A stretch of 64,000 bases of DNA from Anaeromyxobacteraceae bacterium. Its GTDB lineage: Bacteria; Myxococcota; Myxococcia; Myxococcales; Anaeromyxobacteraceae. The stretch lies in NCBI GenBank assembly GCA_047602405.1, contig JASGHJ010000001.1, forward strand, positions 1,824,001-1,888,000, written 5' to 3'. Both the position numbers and the translations under genes were made by a program. The first letter of the stretch is position 1. Each line of letters opens with the position of its first letter. Below the pieces are notes generated by a model that worked only from the letters and a program-made list of their open reading frames with translations, ran no database searches and was not told the origin of the DNA. Below are positions 59,114-64,000 of the stretch, one piece after another.

Positions 59114-60073
59114 CTACTTCTTCTTCCCCGCCTGGCCGCCCTTCGCGGGCGGAGGCTGGACGTCCGGCATCTTCAGGTAGACCTCGAGCGCCTCGGCGCG
59201 CAGGTCGTCGAGCGCCGCGTCGTCGAGGCGCAGCAGCTTTCGCGCCTCGGCGATGAGCTCGGGCGGGTTCGCGTCCGGGGCGCCGGGCGTCGGCACCGGC
59301 GGCGAGCCGTCGTCCTCCTCGGGCCAGACCACCGGCGAGATGCCGGCGTCGAGCTCGAAGGCGAGGAGTTCCGAGACGATCAGCACCGCCACGAGCGGGG
59401 GCGCGCTCGGGCCGAGCCGGTGGTGGCGCGAGATGACGTCCAGGATCGGCGCGTGCAGCTTCCAGAGCTTGCCGACGAGGGCGGTCGCCTCCTCGTGGTA
59501 GGCGGCCACGGCGGGCGCCATGTCCTCGTACTGCAGCCGGTCGCCGGACGACTTGTTCTCGACGAGCGCGAGGATGCCTGCGGCGTAGCCGACGTCGTGG
59601 AGGAGCCCGCAGATGAACGCGTGCTCGGCGTCGACGGAGGTGCGCTTGCAGACGACGCGCGCGATCTGGGCGGTCACCGCGGAGTGGCGGCGCAGCCGCT
59701 CCATCGGCTCCTCGTAGCCCGGCACCCGGAAGACGCGGAGGTTCATCGCGGCCTCGAGCACGAGGTCGCGCAGGGTCTTCAGGCCGAGTCGCACCGCCGC
59801 CTGCTTGAGCGAGGTGACCTGGCTCATCCCGGCGTAGAGCGCGGACGATGCGGTGGAGAGCACCCGCGCCGCGAGGAGCGGGTCCTTCTCGAGCACCGTG
59901 ACCACCTCGTCGAAGGTGACCTTGGGGCGCTGCGAGAGCTCCATGATTTGGATGGCCACCGTCGGGAGGACCGGCGGGCGGTACTGGGGCGAGGCGAACA
60001 GGCCCTGCAGCCGCTCGACCAGCGTGTCCGAGATCTCGTGCTGCTCCAGCGTGACGGTCGAGGCGAAGGCCAA
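59114..60073 (-). CDS. HDOD domain-containing protein
   Basis: PVLPTVA, EKDPLLAARVL..ASSALY, AAVRLG, HS, AFICGLLHDVG; TTG start after GGAGG. Confidence 0.88.
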   Translation of the reverse strand: MAFASTVTLEQHEISDTLVERLQGLFASPQYRPPVLPTVAIQIMELSQRPKVTFDEVVTVLEKDPLLAARVLSTASSALYAGMSQVTSLKQAAVRLGLKTLRDLVLEAAMNLRVFRVPGYEEPMERLRRHSAVTAQIARVVCKRTSVDAEHAFICGLLHDVGYAAGILALVENKSSGDRLQYEDMAPAVAAYHEEATALVGKLWKLHAPILDVISRHHRLGPSAPPLVAVLIVSELLAFELDAGISPVVWPEEDDGSPPVPTPGAPDANPPELIAEARKLLRLDDAALDDLRAEALEVYLKMPDVQPPPAKGGQAGKKK

Positions 60074-60210
60074 GGCGATTCCTCCAGCCCGCCTGGATTG
60101 CGGCGTCCGTGCCAGCGGCGCGTCCGGCGGCGGAGTCGCAAGCGACCGGTCGCTCAGGAGGTTTTCGTGTCCGGCACCCGCGGGATGGGGCCCTGCTCGT
60201 GCCCCCCGGG

Positions 60211-61023
60211 TCACCAGCGGGAGGTCGCGGCGACCCCACCGGGTGGCAGGCGCGCCCACATCAGGATGCGCCGGAAGGTGAAGAGGAACGGGCGCTCGTC
60301 GGGGAGCTGCGCGAAGAGCCGCTCGCGGTAGCGCGCGAGGAAGCGGCCGAACGCGTCGGGCGTCAGCCGGGACTCGTAGGCGGTGAGCGTCGTGCCGCGG
60401 ACCCAGTCGACGACGTCCTCCCGCGACTCGAGCGGGTGGCTGTAGATCTCGGCGCGCACGCGCTGCTCGGCGAAGCCGAGCCGGTGGAGCACGCGGGCGT
60501 AGGCCTCGGGCGAGAGCACCGGCGAGATGCGCACGAACCCGCCGAGCGCGGCGGCGTGCTCGAGCTCGCGGGCGACCTCGCGGGCGGTGAGGTGCGACGG
60601 CTCGGCCTCGTTCGCCGGCAGCTGGAGGGCGAGCTGGCCGCCCGGGGCGAGCAGGGCGGCGAGCCGGCCGAGCAGCTGCTCGTGGTCGGGCGCCCAGTGG
60701 AGCGCCGCGTTCGAGAAGATCACGTCGAACGGGCCGGGGGGCGGCGCGGTCAGCTCACCCAGCGTGAACGTGAGGCCCGGGGCGGCGTGCGACGCGGCGC
60801 GCTCCAGCATGCGCGGCGAGCCGTCGAGCCCGACCGTCTCCCGGGCGCCCAGGCGCTCGTGCAGGAGCCGGGTCAGCTCGCCCGCTCCGCAGCCGAGATC
60901 GAGCACGCGCGGCGCCTTCGCGGGCGCGAGCAGGGCGGCGAGGTCGTGGAACGGCCGCGCCCGCTCGGAGCGGAATTTTCCATAAAGATCCGGGTTCCAG
61001 GCGTCAGCGGCCGGCACACCCAT
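60211..61023 (-). CDS. SAM-dependent methyltransferase (trans-aconitate 2-methyltransferase-like)
   Basis: WNPDLYGKFRSERARPFHDL, LDLGCGAG, FSNAALHW, WVRGT, LFTFRRI. Confidence 0.85.
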   Translation of the reverse strand: MGVPAADAWNPDLYGKFRSERARPFHDLAALLAPAKAPRVLDLGCGAGELTRLLHERLGARETVGLDGSPRMLERAASHAAPGLTFTLGELTAPPPGPFDVIFSNAALHWAPDHEQLLGRLAALLAPGGQLALQLPANEAEPSHLTAREVARELEHAAALGGFVRISPVLSPEAYARVLHRLGFAEQRVRAEIYSHPLESREDVVDWVRGTTLTAYESRLTPDAFGRFLARYRERLFAQLPDERPFLFTFRRILMWARLPPGGVAATSRW

Positions 61024-61095
61024 GGTGGTTGACCTCCTGCCCTGGATCAGGGGAATCTCCCGCCCTCGCTTCCCATTCATAAACCCCGGAGTCCC

Positions 61096-62148
61096 ATGAA
61101 CACCCGTTTTCTCACCGTCGCCGCGCTCCTCGCGCTCGCCGCCTGCAAGTCGCAGGCGGGCGCCCCCGCCGGGGCGCAGCCCGCGCAGGTCGACCCCAAG
61201 GCCGCCGCCGCCAAGTTCGACGGCGTGACGATCACCAACGCGGAGGTCGACGAGCACGCGAAGGACGGCCTCAAGAAGATGGATTTCGACTACCTGAAGG
61301 GGCGCCACGAGCTCCGCCGGCAGTCGCTCGACGACCTCATCATCCGCAAGATCCTCGCGAAGAAGATCGGCAAGGCCGAGGTCACCGACCAGGATCTGCA
61401 GGAGTTCCTCGGCAAGGAGGTCGCGAAGCGGACCCCGGAGCCGACGGACGTCGAGATCCAGGCCGTCTACGACCAGGCGAAGGCTTCCGGCCGTCAGGTC
61501 CCGCCGCTCGACGCGGCGGTGAAGGCGCAGATCGCGCAGGGCCTCAAGGGCCGCCGCATGCAGTCCGAGGCCGACGCGTACATGGCCGACCTGAAGAAGG
61601 ACGCCAAGGTCGAGGTCCTCATCCCGGCGTTCACGATGCCGGTCAAGGTCGACGGCGGCATGGAGAAGGGCTCGAAGAGCGCGAAGGTCACCATCGTCGA
61701 GTTCTCCGACTTCGAGTGCCCGTACTGCGCCCAGGCCGAGCCGACCGTGAAGCAGATCCTCGGCGCCTACGGCGACAAGGTCCGCCTCGTCTACATGGAC
61801 TTCCCGCTCGAGTTCCACAAGCGCGCGCCGAAGGCCTCCGAGGCCGCGCACTGCGCCGGCGACCAGTCGAAGTACTGGGAGATGCACGAGCGCCTCTTCT
61901 CGTCGCGCAAGATCGACATCGCCGATCTCAAGGCGCACGCGAAGGACCTCGGCCTCGACACGGCGAAGTTCGACAAGTGCCTCGACTCCGGCGAGAAGGC
62001 CAAGGTCGTCGACGCGTTCAAGAAGCAGGGCGAGGAGAACGGCGTCTCGTCGACCCCGGCCTTCTTCATCAACGGCCGCCCGGTCGCCGGCGCGCTCCCG
62101 TTCGAGGAGTTCAAGAAGATCATCGACGAGGAGCTGGCGAAGTCCTAG
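61096..62148 (+). CDS. DsbA-family thioredoxin-domain lipoprotein
   Basis: Lipobox LAAC; VEFSDFECPYC, DFPL, GVSSTPAFFING. Confidence 0.9.
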   Translation: MNTRFLTVAALLALAACKSQAGAPAGAQPAQVDPKAAAAKFDGVTITNAEVDEHAKDGLKKMDFDYLKGRHELRRQSLDDLIIRKILAKKIGKAEVTDQDLQEFLGKEVAKRTPEPTDVEIQAVYDQAKASGRQVPPLDAAVKAQIAQGLKGRRMQSEADAYMADLKKDAKVEVLIPAFTMPVKVDGGMEKGSKSAKVTIVEFSDFECPYCAQAEPTVKQILGAYGDKVRLVYMDFPLEFHKRAPKASEAAHCAGDQSKYWEMHERLFSSRKIDIADLKAHAKDLGLDTAKFDKCLDSGEKAKVVDAFKKQGEENGVSSTPAFFINGRPVAGALPFEEFKKIIDEELAKS

Positions 62149-62157
62149 CTCCGCCGT

Positions 62158-62204
62158 GCCTCGTCTCCGGCGCGCATTCGCGCGCCTACGCTCGGCACGA
62201 ACGG
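62158..62204. repeat. REP-like palindromic element
   Basis: GCCTCGTCTCC-GGCGCGCattcGCGCGCC-TACGCTCGGCACGAACGG. Confidence 0.8.
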
Positions 62205-62295
62205 TTGGGGTAGGGATTGCGCGGACGGCGGCAGGGCCCTAGAACAGGCCCGGCCGCCGTTCGTTTTTTCCGAGGCCGGTGAGAGGTCGATCGCG

Positions 62296-63414
62296 ATGGG
62301 TGCATACGGGCAGGGTGCGTCGGCGAGCCTGGGCGAGCGCAGGAAGACCCGGGGCCTCAAGGTCGGGAACGTGCCGATCGGCGGGGGTGCCCCGATCGCC
62401 GTCCAGTCGATGACGACGACCGAGACGTCCGACGCCGCGGCCACGCTCGGGCAGATCCGCGCGCTCGCCGAGGCGGGCGCCGACATCGTGCGGCTCGCGG
62501 TGCCGGACAAGGACGCCGCGGCCGCGCTGCCGGCGATCGTGAAGGCGACGCCCATCCCGCTCGTCGCGGACATCCACTTCGACTACCGCCTCGCCCTCGC
62601 CGCCCTCGACGCCGGCATGCACGCCATCCGGCTCAACCCCGGCAACATCGGCTCCCGCGAGCGCGTGCGCGAGGTGGTGAAGGCCGCCTCGGCGCGCCAG
62701 GTGCCCATTCGCATCGGCGTGAACGCGGGCTCCCTCGAGGAGGACATCGTCGAGAAGCACGGCTGGCCCACCGCCGCGGGCATGGTCGAGAGCGCCGAGC
62801 GGCACATCAAGTTCCTCGAGGACGAGGGCTACCGGGAGATCAAGGTCTCCCTGAAGGCGCACGACGTCGCGATGACGGTGCAGGCGAACCGGCTCTTCGC
62901 CGAGCGCTTCGACTACCCGCTGCACCTCGGCGTCACCGAGGCGGGCACGCTGCTCGCCGGCACGGTGAAGTCGAGCGCCGGCCTCGGCATCCTGCTCGCT
63001 GAGGGCATCGGCGACACCATCCGCATCTCCCTCACCGCCGATCCGGTCGAGGAGGTGCGCGTCGCGCGGCTCCTCCTCAAGTCGCTCGGCCTCAAGTTCG
63101 GCGGCGCGACGATGACCTCCTGCCCGACCTGCGGCCGCTGCTCGGTCGCCATGATCCCGATCGCCGAGCGCGTCGAGAAGCGGCTCTCGCACCTGAAGGG
63201 CGAGGTGGCGGTCGCGGTGATGGGCTGCGAGGTGAACGGGCCCGGCGAGGCCTCCGCCGCCGACGTCGGCGTCGCCTACGGCCACAACGGCGTGGGCCTG
63301 CTCTTCAAGGACGGCAAGATCGTGAAGCGGATGAAGGCGGAGGAGCTCGAGGAGGCCGTGGTCTCCGAGGCGATCGCCATCTCCGAGTCGCGCGCGGCGA
63401 AGCCCGGCGCGTAG
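62296..63414 (+). CDS. ispG: (E)-4-hydroxy-3-methylbut-2-enyl-diphosphate synthase
   Basis: VQSMT, VADIHF, RLNPGNIG, PLHLGVTEAG, SCPTCGR, VMGCEVNGPGE. Confidence 0.97.
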   Translation: MGAYGQGASASLGERRKTRGLKVGNVPIGGGAPIAVQSMTTTETSDAAATLGQIRALAEAGADIVRLAVPDKDAAAALPAIVKATPIPLVADIHFDYRLALAALDAGMHAIRLNPGNIGSRERVREVVKAASARQVPIRIGVNAGSLEEDIVEKHGWPTAAGMVESAERHIKFLEDEGYREIKVSLKAHDVAMTVQANRLFAERFDYPLHLGVTEAGTLLAGTVKSSAGLGILLAEGIGDTIRISLTADPVEEVRVARLLLKSLGLKFGGATMTSCPTCGRCSVAMIPIAERVEKRLSHLKGEVAVAVMGCEVNGPGEASAADVGVAYGHNGVGLLFKDGKIVKRMKAEELEEAVVSEAIAISESRAAKPGA

Positions 63415-63524
63415 GCCGCCGCCTCCGGACGGTACGTCCGCGCGCGTCAGGCCGTCCCCGAGGCCCCAAGGGGCGCACCCCTCCGCCGGAGGCGCGCGGG
63501 GCGCCGCTGCGGAATAACCGCGCC

Positions 63525-63965
63525 ATGGGACTCCTCGACGATCTCGGCAAGGTGGTGGGCGCGGTGACGGGGCAGGCGGCCGGCACGGGTGCGCCGGCGC
63601 AGGGCCTCCCGGCGGCGCTCGGCGGCGTGAACCCGCAGCTCGTGTCGGCGGTGATCGGCATGCTCGGCAACGGCGGGCTGCAGAGCATCCTCGGCGCGCT
63701 CCAGCAGAAGGGGCTCGGGAGCGTGGTCGGCTCCTGGGTCGGCACCGGTCAGAACCTGCCCGTGAACCCGACCGACCTCGCGCACGCGCTCGGCGCCGAC
63801 CGCATGGGCCAGCTCGCGCAGGCGACCGGCCTCGGGCACGGCGACCTCGCCGGGCAGCTGTCGAACCTCCTGCCGGGCCTCGTCGATCACCTGACGCCGC
63901 AGGGCGGCGTGCCCGACCACTCGGCGCTCGAGCTGGGCCTCGGCGCGCTCAGGAAGTTCCTCTAG
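63525..63965 (+). CDS. YidB-family protein
   Basis: MGLLD, GGL, GLGSVVGSWVGTGQNLPV, LPGLVDHLTPQG. Confidence 0.88.
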   Translation: MGLLDDLGKVVGAVTGQAAGTGAPAQGLPAALGGVNPQLVSAVIGMLGNGGLQSILGALQQKGLGSVVGSWVGTGQNLPVNPTDLAHALGADRMGQLAQATGLGHGDLAGQLSNLLPGLVDHLTPQGGVPDHSALELGLGALRKFL

Positions 63966-64000
63966 CCACTCCCCCCGGCGGCGGGCTTCAGAATATCGGG

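Overview
Very GC-rich chromosomal segment that looks myxobacterial (Anaeromyxobacter-like, inferred from DUF2378, the chemosensory operon architecture and overall gene content). About 60 genes. Housekeeping: msrPQ, rpe, rsmB-fmt, recA, thpR, glmU-glmS, ggt, trxB-moaC, ispG. Also a TatT/DctP TRAP pair, a poly-HAMP chemoreceptor with a sigma54-type promoter, a receptor-less cheW-cheR-RR-cheW-cheA-cheB operon and a HigBA-order toxin-antitoxin pair. Most interesting: (1) a five-gene divergent cluster (class-III aminotransferase + Gfo/Idh/MocA dehydrogenase opposite a PIP-synthase-like CDP-alcohol phosphotransferase + GtrA-type membrane protein + HAD phosphatase) that may make an amino-cyclitol/amino-sugar phospholipid; (2) a dispersed ~46-53 bp palindromic REP-like family (7 loci plus fragments), including a nested copy and copies translated in-frame inside CheR and a histidine kinase; (3) myxobacterial LexA-like boxes in front of both recA and a broken HNH-nuclease gene; (4) several apparent pseudo-enzymes. 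Four single-base frameshifts may be assembly errors. No rRNA, tRNA, CRISPR array, transposase or integrase was recognised. All family assignments come from motif recognition by eye, not database searches.
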